64,000 nt of DNA, taken from NCBI RefSeq assembly GCF_032444005.1, contig NC_091283.1:32860001-32924000 (forward strand), written 5' to 3'. The notes under the pieces are model-generated. The model worked only from the letters and a program-made list of their open reading frames with translations, was not told where the DNA came from and searched no databases. Within the stretch, counting starts at the first letter, position 1. Every line of letters begins with the position of its first letter. The position numbers and the translations under genes were made by a program. This document shows, piece by piece, positions 26,107 through 37,590 of this stretch. This DNA is from Ranitomeya imitator (lineage: Eukaryota).

Positions 26107-26850
26107 GGCATAGTGGCTTAGTTGTTAGCAGCGTTTCTTTGCAACAGTGGGATCCTTGAGTCATGGCTCACCAAGGACAACATCTGCAGGAGTTTCTATG
26201 TTCATCCAGTACTTGTGTGGTGTGAGGGGTTGACACGCTTAGCTGCTCCTCGAGGTAGACACAGGACCACATTTGGTTAAAGACTCTGGGTGGTTTATTG
26301 CATCATAAACCAGGAACCCAAACTGATAACAGAAAACATCCTGTCTGGCTCAAAAAAAAGTAAAACGTTTATACAGTCTTGCCCAGTACTTCTGGGACAA
26401 CACTTATGGCAGCTCTCACAGGAGCTTAAGTATGGAGGCTTCCTTCCTCCTCACAACACAGACAGAGAAGAAAAACAACTAGTTGGACATTTAATTCCCT
26501 CCAGCCACACCCTAGGAGGAGGAGATATGTTGGGTAGACGTCCCGACCATGTCTGACCTACCCACCATGAAAGCCAGGCCCATATAGCTACTGGATTGCT
26601 CTCAGCACATATCATGCCGGAGAAAACACTTATGGCTTTCACATCACGCAGGAAAGCAATCTTTGCGACACATATCTCTCCTCATGCACGACACCAGTGT
26701 CCCTGTCACAGTGGGTTTACTCTGGTTTTCTCCGACCTGCCAAAGAAATAGTGATAGACCCATTGGGGACAGCAATGATGATGTCTGTAAAGTGCTGTGG
26801 AATTAACGGTGCTGTACAAGCAAGTAAAATAACTAAATAATAACCAGAGG
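26107..26850 (+). mobile_element. Degenerate tRNA-derived V-SINE interrupted by a solo LTR
   Basis: Head aligns to the cleaner SINE at 52277 (GGCA.GGTGGCTTAGT.GTTAGCA..AAGGACAACATCTGCA). The body resumes at 26711; L2-like hairpin tail at 26791-26813. Confidence 0.7.
26221..26710. mobile_element. Solo LTR (490 bp) with a 4-bp TSD
   Basis: TGTGA...TCACA termini; GTGG duplicated at 26217-26220 and 26711-26714. Confidence 0.8.
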
Positions 26851-26914
26851 TCAGGCCCCCTTTAAAACTTCAAAAGACGTACCCCTTTTATGTTTATGTA
26901 ATTCAATATATGGG

Positions 26915-27488
26915 ACAGTCTTATGAAAAATGGAACAGTTGGGAATCATGTGCTTATTTCGAGGGGTGGAAGGGAAGCTAAGATTTGGAATCTCGCAGAG
27001 GCTGCCGGCAGTCAGTATGCCGGTAACTCAACAGAATGTTGGATTCATTATCAGAAAATTAGATCTCTGAATCCTACAGGAAAATATATTGATCAGCACA
27101 AAATAATTGACCTATTCAAAATTAGAAAAATATATATTTTTTTACGACTTCAGTTGTAATTTACAGATGGTTTTCTTTGCTGCAATGTCACAGACCCAAG
27201 AGAATAGACACCTGAATGTTTATCATGGAAGACAAAAAAGTATCTAAGATTAATGTAACCGTTCCTTAATTGCCAATTAAGTGTAAGGTTAATTATGAGT
27301 AAATTCCAAGGGATTAATTATCATAAAATAAAGGCTATAAGTGTAGGCAGATATTTATAAGCATCTGGGTTATATGGTCAGCTACTACGGAAGAGGCTAC
27401 AGGGGGCGCCGCAGAAGTCCAAATATCTCTATATCCAATAAAGGAAAAAAGCAGATTGGACCGATGTAAGTAGAGGTTATTGGTAAGT
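26915..27488 (+). promoter_or_regulatory. Conserved OR upstream block (promoter, non-coding exon, donor) of OR 27673
   Basis: ACCCAAGAG at 27194, TAATTGCCAATTA at 27267, TTCCAAGGGATTAATTA at 27304, donor TTG|GTAAGT at 27483, acceptor at 27648. Confidence 0.7.
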
Positions 27489-27672
27489 TTAGCAAAAATG
27501 GACGCTTACCGTAATATAATTACATAGGCAGAAAACGAACTAAATGAAAATGAAAGGTACTTTGGTAATATTATTAACAGAGGGTATTCTAATGTCATGA
27601 TCTAATGCCAGTGTCCACGAATAAAAACACGAAATATTGATTCTTCAGATACTTGACGTGAGCTTGGCCACA

Positions 27673-28647
27673 ATGCAAACAAACCAGACATCAGTCACAT
27701 ATTTCATCATTAAGGGCATATCGGATGACCCGCATTTGGAGCTTCTGATCTTCTTACTGGTTCTCCTGATTTATCTCATCACTATATCTGGGAACTTGAC
27801 CATTCTCATTGCTTGCAGAGACCCTCATCTCCACACCCCCATGTATTTCTTCTTGGGCAACTTGTCCATAGTAGATATCGGTTGTTCTTCAGTTTCCTTG
27901 CATAAGATCCTTACAAATTTCATCGTTGGAGATAAAAGAGTTTCTTTCTTTGCTTGCATGGCTCAGATGTACATGTTTGGGTCCTTAGAAGGTCTTGAGC
28001 TGGCAGTCTTGACAGCCATGAGTTATGACCGCTATGTGGCCATCTGTAAACCTTTACAATATCACTTGATTATGAACTCTAGGACATGCGGAATTTTGGC
28101 TGCCGTCTGTTGGATTTTGGGATTTTTGCAAGTTCTTCCTCCTGTTGGGACGGTTTATAGTTTTTCTTGCTATTTCTCCATTGAGATCAATCACTTCTTC
28201 TGTGATATAATTCCTGTGATAAGAATTTCATGTGAAGACACCACATTTGTTGAAATGCTCTTTTTCATAGAAGGACTATTTCCCATAATCCTGACACCAT
28301 TTCTCCTAACGTTTGTGTCCTACATATTTATCATACATGCCATACTAAGGATACGTACCAGCTCTGGAAGATTAAAGGCCTTCTACACATGTTCCTCACA
28401 CCTTGCAGTGGTCATATTGCTGTACACAACACTTTTCGGACAATATCTGACACCAAACCTAAGTAGCACTTTGGAGTCCAAGAAAATTTTTGCTCTGTTT
28501 AACACGGCTGCAGTTCCTTTGCTAAATCCAATGATCTATAGCCTAAAGAATAAAGATGTGAAAAGGGCTTTGAAAAAGAGCCTTGGTCCTGGTGAACTCC
28601 TTTCAAGACTGAGATGGTCAACTCCTTCAACTAGAAAACTTCTTTAA
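27673..28647 (+). CDS. Class II olfactory receptor, intact, 324 aa
   Basis: All OR motifs present. ATG at 27673 lies 24 nt after acceptor TTCTTCAG (27648). Confidence 0.96.
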   Translation: MQTNQTSVTYFIIKGISDDPHLELLIFLLVLLIYLITISGNLTILIACRDPHLHTPMYFFLGNLSIVDIGCSSVSLHKILTNFIVGDKRVSFFACMAQMYMFGSLEGLELAVLTAMSYDRYVAICKPLQYHLIMNSRTCGILAAVCWILGFLQVLPPVGTVYSFSCYFSIEINHFFCDIIPVIRISCEDTTFVEMLFFIEGLFPIILTPFLLTFVSYIFIIHAILRIRTSSGRLKAFYTCSSHLAVVILLYTTLFGQYLTPNLSSTLESKKIFALFNTAAVPLLNPMIYSLKNKDVKRALKKSLGPGELLSRLRWSTPSTRKLL

Positions 28648-29012
28648 GTGGGGTGCTAAAATTGGGGAAAATTTTTTTCTAAATATGTTATGTTGTGCAT
28701 TGGAAATTAGGGTTGAGGATTCAAGACCTTCATCAGTTTGCCATAGTGAATAATAGCTACAATTAGGTCCTCTAAATTTAGGTGGACCTTTCATATCCAG
28801 CCACCAACAGCCCATAGATTTCTTCCACAGCTTACACCTGGAATGTTCGTATACGGTATTTATAGGTTTCATGAATATAAAAATGTTCTATCCATAAATT
28901 TAGGTGGTTCATAAAAAATAGCAAAATAATTCATAGCTGTATCATACGTAAAAGACACCTTCTGCGGCCATCCAGCTTAGTCACAACCCTCTTCAGGTCT
29001 GTGTGCTATTGT

Positions 29013-30662
29013 CAGGGCCGCCATCAGGGCATTACAGCAATGACTGGCGTATGGGGCCCGGTGAGCAGAGAGGGCCCGCATCGGGCCCCGTTTCATCTGC
29101 TCACCGGGCCCCCCGTGCAGGCGCTGCGGCACACTATTGACGCGCCCGCACGTCAAAGGTTAACAGCCGCCAGCCAGTCTGAGGCTGGCAGCTGAATAGG
29201 GCCGCAGTGCGCACTCGCCGGCGTCTGACGTCATTGTCAGCCGCCGGGCCCGGCGACTGCGTCTGTGTGGAGCCTGGAGGGATCTTCACCCGGCGCAGGA
29301 GCACGGCCAGGTAAGAACTCGTGGGTTTTTTTTTCTTTGAGATCGGCGATCCAGGGGAGCCCGGGGGGCAGAATGCTGGACACAGTGGGGCAGAAATGCT
29401 GGGCACACAGTGGGGCAGAATGCTGGGCACACAGTGGGGCAGAATGCTGGACACAGTGACAGGGGCAGACTGTGAGACCCAGGGGCAGAATGCTGGACAT
29501 TGGGGCAGAATGCTGGACATTGGGGCAGAATGCGAGACACGGGGCAGAATGGAGATACGGGGCATGATTGGAGACACGGGGCAGGATGAAAGACATGGGG
29601 GCATGACTGGAGACAGATGGGGAGGATTGGAGACAGATGGGGCAGAATGGAGACACAGGGGGCATAATTGGAGACAAGTGGCAGAATTGCAGACACGGGC
29701 ATGGTTGGAGACATAGGGTGCAGAATGGAGACATGGGGCATGATTGGAGACACTGGGGGCAGAATTGGAGACAGATCGTGCAGGATCATGGGGCAGGATG
29801 GATATGATGGAGACAGATGGGGCCGGATGGAGAGATCACATGGGGCGATCATATGGGGCAGGATGGGGAGGTCATATGGGGCAGAATGGATACTCATGAG
29901 GGCAGGATGGGAGAACATATGGCTGACGCCAGGAATGAGACACACGGTGGCCAGGATGGGGAATATTATTACCATAGGGGCTAATTTAGGGATATTATTA
30001 CTGCAGTGATGTATTTATTTTATTTTTTGAGTATACTGTTTTAAATGAGGGGGCGGTCCTGTTACTGTGCAGAGTGACACTATGTTGCCTCTTTTTCTTC
30101 ATGTGGTGTAATGTAGAAGTTGTGAAAAATTAAGTAATGTATTCTACAAGCGGCGCTCAAAATAACTGTGTTATTTCCTGCAGAGACGAGCTCTGGCTGG
30201 ATGAAATGATGGCGGTCTGTGCTGGATGAAAGATAAAGGAATTCACCTAGAGACGTCACTGGTGAGTCAGTGTGTTACCTATACACTGACACTATACACT
30301 GTATACTATATACAGAGCTCCTGTGTATAATTTCACTAGTGATCACTGTATTATCTGTACACAGACACTGCATACTAAGTACAGATCTCCTGTGTATAAT
30401 GGCACTTATGGTGATAGTATGGTGCTTTTTTTAAATTTCTGATCAGAATTGTAGTATTCGGTCACTTTGTGGTGGTAATATGTGGGCTGGTCATGGTGTT
30501 GTGGTATTTGTTCCTAGTATGTGATATTATTCGATCACTGTGGTGGTAATATGTGGTCTGGACATGGTGTTGTGGTATTTGTTCCTTGTATGTGATATTA
30601 TTGGTCATTTTAAACATTGAAAAATAAATAAAATATACCTAAATTGTATTGCATATTTTAAC
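29013..30662. mobile_element. hAT-type non-autonomous element, 3'-truncated by the duplication junction
   Basis: GCTATTGT|CAGGGCCGCCATCAG left end, essentially identical to 32231-33880. Confidence 0.9.
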
Positions 30663-30890
30663 AAAAAAGCAGATTGGACCGATGTAAGTAGAGGTTATTG
30701 GTAAGTTTAGCAAAAATGGACGCTTACCGTAATATAATTACATAGGCAGAAAACGAACTAAATGAAAATGAAAGGTACTTTGGTAATATTATTAACAGAG
30801 GGTATTCTAATGTCATGATCTAATGCCAGTGTCCACGAATAAAAACACGAAATATTGATTCTTCAGATACTTGACGTGAGCTTGGCCACA

Positions 30891-31865
30891 ATGCAAACAA
30901 ACCAGACATCAGTCACATATTTCATCATTAAGGGCATATCGGATGACCCGCATTTGGAGCTTCTGATCTTCTTACTGGTTCTCCTGATTTATCTCATCAC
31001 TATATCTGGGAACTTGACCATTCTCATTGCTTGCAGAGACTCTCATCTCCACACCCCCATGTATTTCTTCTTGGGCAACTTGTCCATAGTAGATATCGGT
31101 TGTTCTTCAGTTTCCTTGCATAAGATCCTTACAAATTTCATCGTTGGAGATAAAAGAGTTTCTTTCTTTGCTTGCATGGCTCAGATGTACATGTTTGGGT
31201 CCTTAGAAGGTCTTGAGCTGGCAGTCTTGACAGCCATGAGTTATGACCGCTATGTGGCCATCTGTAAACCTTTACAATATCACTTGATTATGAACTCTAG
31301 GACATGCGGAATTTTGGCTGCCGTCTGTTGGATTTTGGGATTTTTGCAAGTTCTTCCTCCTGTTGGGACGGTTTATAGTTTTTCTTGCTATTTCTCCATT
31401 GAGATCAATCACTTCTTCTGTGATATAATTCCTGTGATAAGAATTTCATGTGAAGACACCACATTTGTTGAAATGCTCTTTTTCATAGAAGGACTATTTC
31501 CCATAATCCTGACACCATTTCTCCTAACGTTTGTGTCCTACATATTTATCATACATGCCATACTAAGGATACGTACCAGCTCTGGAAGATTAAAGGCCTT
31601 CTACACATGTTCCTCACACCTTGCAGTGGTCATATTGCTGTACACAACACTTTTCGGACAATATCTGACACCAAACCTAAGTAGCACTTTGGAGTCCAAG
31701 AAAATTTTTGCTCTGTTTAACACGGCTGCAGTTCCTTTGCTAAATCCAATGATCTATAGCCTAAAGAATAAAGATGTGAAAAGGGCTTTGAAAAAGAGCC
31801 TTGGTCCTGGTGAACTCCTTTCAAGACTGAGATGGTCAACTCCTTCAACTAGAAAACTTCTTTAA
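30891..31865 (+). CDS. Class II olfactory receptor, duplicate of 27673 (Pro->Ser at 31041)
   Basis: Same protein as 27673 except RDPHLHT->RDSHLHT. Confidence 0.93.
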   Translation: MQTNQTSVTYFIIKGISDDPHLELLIFLLVLLIYLITISGNLTILIACRDSHLHTPMYFFLGNLSIVDIGCSSVSLHKILTNFIVGDKRVSFFACMAQMYMFGSLEGLELAVLTAMSYDRYVAICKPLQYHLIMNSRTCGILAAVCWILGFLQVLPPVGTVYSFSCYFSIEINHFFCDIIPVIRISCEDTTFVEMLFFIEGLFPIILTPFLLTFVSYIFIIHAILRIRTSSGRLKAFYTCSSHLAVVILLYTTLFGQYLTPNLSSTLESKKIFALFNTAAVPLLNPMIYSLKNKDVKRALKKSLGPGELLSRLRWSTPSTRKLL

Positions 31866-32230
31866 GTGGGGTGCTAAAATTGGGGAAAATTTTTTTCTAA
31901 ATATGTTATGTTGTGCATTGGAAATTAGGGTTGAGGATTCAAGACCTTCATCAGTTTGCCATAGTGAATAATAGCTACAATTAGGTCCTCTAAATTTAGG
32001 TGGACCTTTCATATCCAGCCACCAACAGCCCATAGATTTCTTCCACAGCTTACACCTGGAATGTTCGTATACGGTATTTATAGGTTTCATGAATATAAAA
32101 ATGTTCTATCCATAAATTTAGGTGGTTCATAAAAAATAGCAAAATAATTCATAGCTGTATCATACGTAAAAGACACCTTCTGCGGCCATCCAGCTTAGTC
32201 ACAACCCTCTTCAGGTCTGTGTGCTATTGT

Positions 32231-34182
32231 CAGGGCCGCCATCAGGGCATTACAGCAATGACTGGCGTATGGGGCCCGGTGAGCAGAGAGGGCCCGCATC
32301 GGGCCCCGTTTCATCTGCTCACCGGGCCCCCCGTGCAGGCGCTGCGGCACACTATTGACGCGCCCGCACGTCAAAGGTTAACAGCCGCCAGCCAGTCTGA
32401 GGCTGGCAGCTGAATAGGGCCGCAGTGCGCACTCGCCGGCGTCTGACGTCATTGTCAGCCGCCGGGCCCGGCGACTGCGTCTGTGTGGAGCCTGGAGGGA
32501 TCTTCACCCGGCGCAGGAGCACGGCCAGGTAAGAACTCGTGGGTTTTTTTTTCTTTGAGATCGGCGATCCAGGGGAGCCCGGGGGGCAGAATGCTGGACA
32601 CAGTGGGGCAGAAATGCTGGGCACACAGTGGGGCAGAATGCTGGGCACACAGTGGGGCAGAATGCTGGACACAGTGACAGGGGCAGACTGTGAGACCCAG
32701 GGGCAGAATGCTGGACATTGGGGCAGAATGCTGGACATTGGGGCAGAATGCGAGACACGGGGCAGAATGGAGATACGGGGCATGATTGGAGACACGGGGC
32801 AGGATGAAAGACATGGGGGCATGACTGGAGACAGATGGGGAGGATTGGAGACAGATGGGGCAGAATGGAGACACAGGGGGCATAATTGGAGACAAGTGGC
32901 AGAATTGCAGACACGGGCATGGTTGGAGACATAGGGTGCAGAATGGAGACATGGGGCATGATTGGAGACACTGGGGGCAGAATTGGAGACAGATCGTGCA
33001 GGATCATGGGGCAGGATGGATATGATGGAGACAGATGGGGCCGGATGGAGAGATCACATGGGGCGATCATATGGGGCAGGATGGGGAGATCATATGGGGC
33101 AGAATGGATACTCATGAGGGCAGGATGGGAGAACATATGGCTGACGCCAGGAATGAGACACACGGTGGCCAGGATGGGGAATATTATTACCATAGGGGCT
33201 AATTTAGGGATATTATTACTGCAGTGATGTATTTATTTTATTTTTTGAGTATACTGTTTTAAATGAGGGGGCGGTCCTGTTACTGTGCAGAGTGACACTA
33301 TGTTGCCTCTTTTTCTTCATGTGGTGTAATGTAGAAGTTGTGAAAAATTAAGTAATGTATTCTACAAGCGGCGCTCGAGATAACTGTGTTATTTCCTGCA
33401 GAGACGAGCTCTGGCTGGATGAAATGATGGCGGTCTGTGCTGGATGAAAGATAAAGGAATTCACCTAGAGACGTCACTGGTGAGTCAGTGTGTTACCTAT
33501 ACACTGACACTATACACTGTATACTATATACAGAGCTCCTGTGTATAATTTCACTAGTGATCACTGTATTATCTGTACACAGACACTGCATACTAAGTAC
33601 AGATCTCCTGTGTATAATGGCACTTATGGTGATAGTATGGTGCTTTTTTTAAATTTCTGATCAGAATTGTAGTATTCGGTCACTTTGTGGTGGTAATATG
33701 TGGGCTGGTCATGGTGTTGTGGTATTTGTTCCTAGTATGTGATATTATTCGATCACTGTGGTGGTAATATGTGGTCTGGACATGGTGTTGTGGTATTTGT
33801 TCCTTGTATGTGATATTATTGGTCATTTTAAACATTGAAAAATAAATAAAATATACCTAAATTGTATTGCATATTTTAACAAATATTTAATAGGTTACAG
33901 TAGAGTAGGGCCCGGCCAAAAGTGTCTACCGTGTTATGGTAACGGCTTAAAAAATCTTTTGGCCAAAACAAAAGCTGCCGGTTATATGTGTGATCTGGTG
34001 ATGGGAACTGTTAATGTGTGATAGGTGAGAAGTGGAGTTTTTCCAAGAGAGAGCGGTGGGACTGTGGACAGTTCGAGGGGTGGAGCGTGGAGGCGGGGCT
34101 GGGGTGGAGCCTGGGCGGAGTCTCAAGGGGTCCCTGAAAATTTTGCCAGTATGGGGCCCCGAAATTTCTAGTGGCAGCCCTG
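32231..34182. mobile_element. Complete hAT-type non-autonomous element (1952 bp)
   Basis: 8-bp TSD GCTATTGT at 32223-32230 and 34183-34190; TIR CAGGGCCGCCATCAG / CTAGTGGCAGCCCTG; internal GGGGCAGAATG-type degenerate repeats. Confidence 0.93.
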
Positions 34183-34540
34183 GCTATTGTTATTATGAGA
34201 ACAAGTAGACAATAACCGAGATTTGGCAGAACTGAAGACATGAACCTTCTTACTTATCTTACTCTATCAGGGATAATTCACACAGGTGTAAATCGACAAG
34301 TCTACCTACCCTTGACATATATTTATATCAAATATTATTTCCCTTATCCTGATGCATTTTCTCCAAGAAAGATTAAGGGTTCATCGGGAGACAAAAAGTG
34401 GGGTCCAAAAGTAGTATGTCAGGAGTCTACACAATAACTCCTCAAGATGAGAAACAGGTGCCCAATAGGTTGCTCATAAGTTCATAAAGGCACAACTCCT
34501 CTGAGGATAGCATGCGTTTTAGTCAAAATACTTATGCCTA

Positions 34541-36790
34541 ATATTATTATTATTTATTTATATAGCACCATTGATTCCATGGTGCTGTACATGAGAAGGG
34601 GTTACATACAAGTTACAGATATCACTTACAGTAAACAAACTAACAATGACAGACTGATACAGAGGGGCGAGGACCCTGCCCTTGCGGACTTACATTCTAC
34701 AGGATTATGGGGAAGGAGACAGTAGCTTGAGGGTTGCAGGAGCTCCGGTGTTGGTGAGGCGGTAGCTTCGGTAGTGATGAGGAGGCAGCGGGGTCAGTGC
34801 AGGCTGTAGGCTTTCCTGAAGAGATTGGTTTTCAGGTTCCGTCTGAAGCATCCGAATGTGGTTGATAGTCGGACGTGTTGGGGCAAAGAATTCCAGAGGA
34901 TGGGGGATATTCGAGAGAAGTCTTGGAGGCGGTTGGGTGAGGAGCGGATAAGTGTGGAGGAGAGAAGGGGGTCTTGGGAGGACCGGAGATCACGTGAGGG
35001 AAGATATCGGGAGATTAGTTCAGAGACATATGGAGGAGACAGGTTGTGGATGGCTTTGTAGGTCAGTATTAGTAATTTGAACTGGATACGCTGAGGGAAT
35101 TGGAGCCAGTGAAGAGATTTGCAGAGGAGTAGCGAGGAGAGAGATGAATTAGTCTTGCAGCAGAGTTAAGGATGGACTGGAGAGGTAGTAGTCAAGGCGG
35201 GAGATGATGAGGGCAAGCACAAGTATTCTAGTAGATTGATGGTTGAGGAAAGGACGGATTCTGGAGATATTTTTGAGCTGGAAGCAACAGGAGGTGGAAA
35301 GAGCTTCGATGTGTGGTTTGAAGGACAGGGCAGATTCGAAGCGTACTTCCGGTACGGGGGAAAGCATGATGTCATTGATTGCGATAGATAGGTCAGGTAA
35401 GGAAGATCTATGGGATGGGGGAAAAATGATGAGTTCAGATTTGTCCACATTGAGTTTGAGGAAGCGAGAGGAGAAGAAGGAGGATATGGCTGATAGGCAC
35501 TCTGGGATTCTGGACAGCAGAGCGGTGACGTCTGGGCCAGAGAGGTAAATCTGAGTGTCATCAGCATAAAGGTGGTACTGGAATCCATGGGACTTTATGA
35601 GTTGTCCCAAGCCAAGTGTATAGATTGAGAAGAGTAGGGGTCCTAGAACAGAGCCTTGGGGTACTCCAACAGAGATAGGGTGGGATGAGGAGGTAGTGTG
35701 GGAGTGGGAGACGCTGAATGTGCGGTTGGAAAGGTATGAGGAGATCCAGGATAGGGCAAAGTCTTTGATGCCAAAGGAGGAGAGGATCTGTAGGAGGCAG
35801 TGGTCAACTGTCAAAAGCAGAGGACAGGTCTAGAAGGAGGAGTACAGAGTATTGTCCATTAGCTTTTGCGGTAAGTAGGTCGTTAGTGATTTTGGTCAGG
35901 GCTGTCTCAGTTGAGTGATGGGGGCGGAAACCAGATTGTAGATTGTCAAAGAGCAAGTTAGATGAGAGGTGGGAGGAAAGTTCAGCGTGGACGTGCTGCT
36001 CCAGGAGTTTGGAAGCAAATGGGAGCAGTGATATTGGGCGATAGCTGAACATAGCAGTTGGATCGAGGGTTGGCTTTTTAAGGATATACGTGATTGTGGC
36101 ATGTTTGAAAGCAGAAGGGAAGGTGCCAGAAGATAGTGATAGGTTGAAGTGGTGGGTTAGGGATGGGATGGGGTCGAGCGCACAGGTGGTGATGTACGAT
36201 TTGGAGAGAAGACAATTAAGCTCCCATTCAGTGATGTTGGATAGGGAGGTTATGGGGTTTGGGCATTGGTCTGGTATACAAAGGGGTTGTGGTGGTTGAA
36301 CAATGAAGACTTGCCTTGTCTGGTCGATCTTATTTTTAAAGTGTGTGGCAAAGTCCTCAGCAGAGATGAGTGAGGTTGGAGGGGGCAGTGGGGGGCGGAG
36401 GAGGGAGTTAAAGGTTTTGAATAACTGTTTGGGGTTGTAGGATAGGGAAGATACGAGGGTTGTAAAGTAGGCCTGTTTAGCAGAGGTGAGAGCAGATTTA
36501 AAAGTGAGTGTTGCCTGTTTGAATGCAGTGAGGTCGCCTTGCAAGTGTGTTTTCTTCCAACGCCGCTCCACAACCCAGGACAGTTGCCGTAGCTTTTTAG
36601 TGGTGTTATTGTGCCAAGGTTGTCTATTGATACGTCGCACTCTGCCATGGATGAGAGGGGCAACCGTGTCAATAGCTGATGCAAGAGTGGCATTGTAGAA
36701 AGCAGTGGCCCTGTCTGTGTCGTGGAGTGAGGATAAATATTGTGGGTGACGTCAACCACTAAGGTGGAAGACAATCATTCACTTCACCTT
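34541..36790 (-). mobile_element. 5'-truncated, internally deleted L2 LINE
   Basis: ORFs 35804-36640 and 35149-35814 give RT motifs ([17 protein letters not shown]). Perfect tail hairpin at 34564-34586 and an (AAT)n tail. Confidence 0.92.
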
Positions 36791-37280
36791 CACAAGACGA
36801 CAGTGAGGGAATGACCCGCTTGTGTGAAGTTGTTGAACTTATGGTATAACAGGGGCGGTATCCACCAACCCCAACTGTATTTGTTGCTGACTGGTTGATG
36901 TATATGATTCAGCTGATGTCATCGCAGGGGCAGAAAGACCATATGTTGTACTAAACTGATTGTAAGAGGAGGAGATTCAGCTGCAATGAGTAGATGTAAT
37001 AAAAAGGAGAAAGTTTAATGACGGTCTGATGCTCCGATATGGTAAAGTGATGTCTTATGTCAGCATAAACAATAGCAGATAATACGCATGATGCATCGCA
37101 CATAGAGTAAAACATCTATAATAAAGAGGCTGCTATTGCCAACAAGAATGTAAAGTAAATATAAGTATTGAGCAATAGCAATTTATATCATGTAAAGTGA
37201 AAAACAAGGAATATAGGCACAGTTATCTTCTAAAAAATGTATAAAAAGGAGACATTATTCAGGTAAACAAAACTCCTAAC

Positions 37281-37590
37281 TAGTGATGAGCGAATATATT
37301 CGTTACTCGAGATTTCTCTAGCACGCTCGGGGGTCCTCTGAGTATTTTTAGTGCTCGGAGTTTTAGTTTTTCTTGCCGCAGCTGAATGATTTACATCTGT
37401 TAGCCAGCATAAGTACATGTGGGGGTTGCCTGGTTGCTAGGGAACCCCCACATGTAATCAAGATGGCTAAGAGATGTAAATCATTCAGCTGCAGCAATAA
37501 AAACGAAATCTCCGAGCATTAAAAAATACTCGGAGGACCCCCGAGCGTGCTCGAGAAATCTCGAGTAACGAGTATATTCGCTCATCACTA
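37281..37590. mobile_element. Almost fully palindromic hAT-type MITE
   Basis: TAGTGATGAGCGAAT ... ATTCGCTCATCACTA; 8-bp flanks CTCCTAAC / CCTCTAAC (6 of 8 match). Confidence 0.85.

Larger units (their letters stand above)
27445..33880. repeat. Head-to-tail tandem duplication, 2 x 3218 bp
   Basis: All ORFs recur at a constant offset of 3218; junction at 30662/30663; four substitutions seen by eye. Confidence 0.97.

Noticed and set aside
25634-26159. Three overlapping repetitive ORFs (133-163 aa)
   Set aside because: The 26-bp unit is not a multiple of 3 and lacks stops, so open frames are an artefact.
27637-27672. TTG-initiated N-terminal extensions of the ORs (also 16343, 30855, 48919)
   Set aside because: At 27637, 30855 and 48919 the TTG lies upstream of the (homologous) splice-acceptor position. 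At 16343 it is a non-ATG codon in the short 5' UTR. The ATG before the NQT/NET sequon is the expected start.
29134-33227. Gly/Pro-rich ORFs of 113-229 aa on both strands
   Set aside because: They are low-complexity minisatellite inside the hAT element; no transposase motifs.
34541-36790. Active L2 element
   Set aside because: It is 5'-truncated without endonuclease, split by a frameshift, and has internal deletions.
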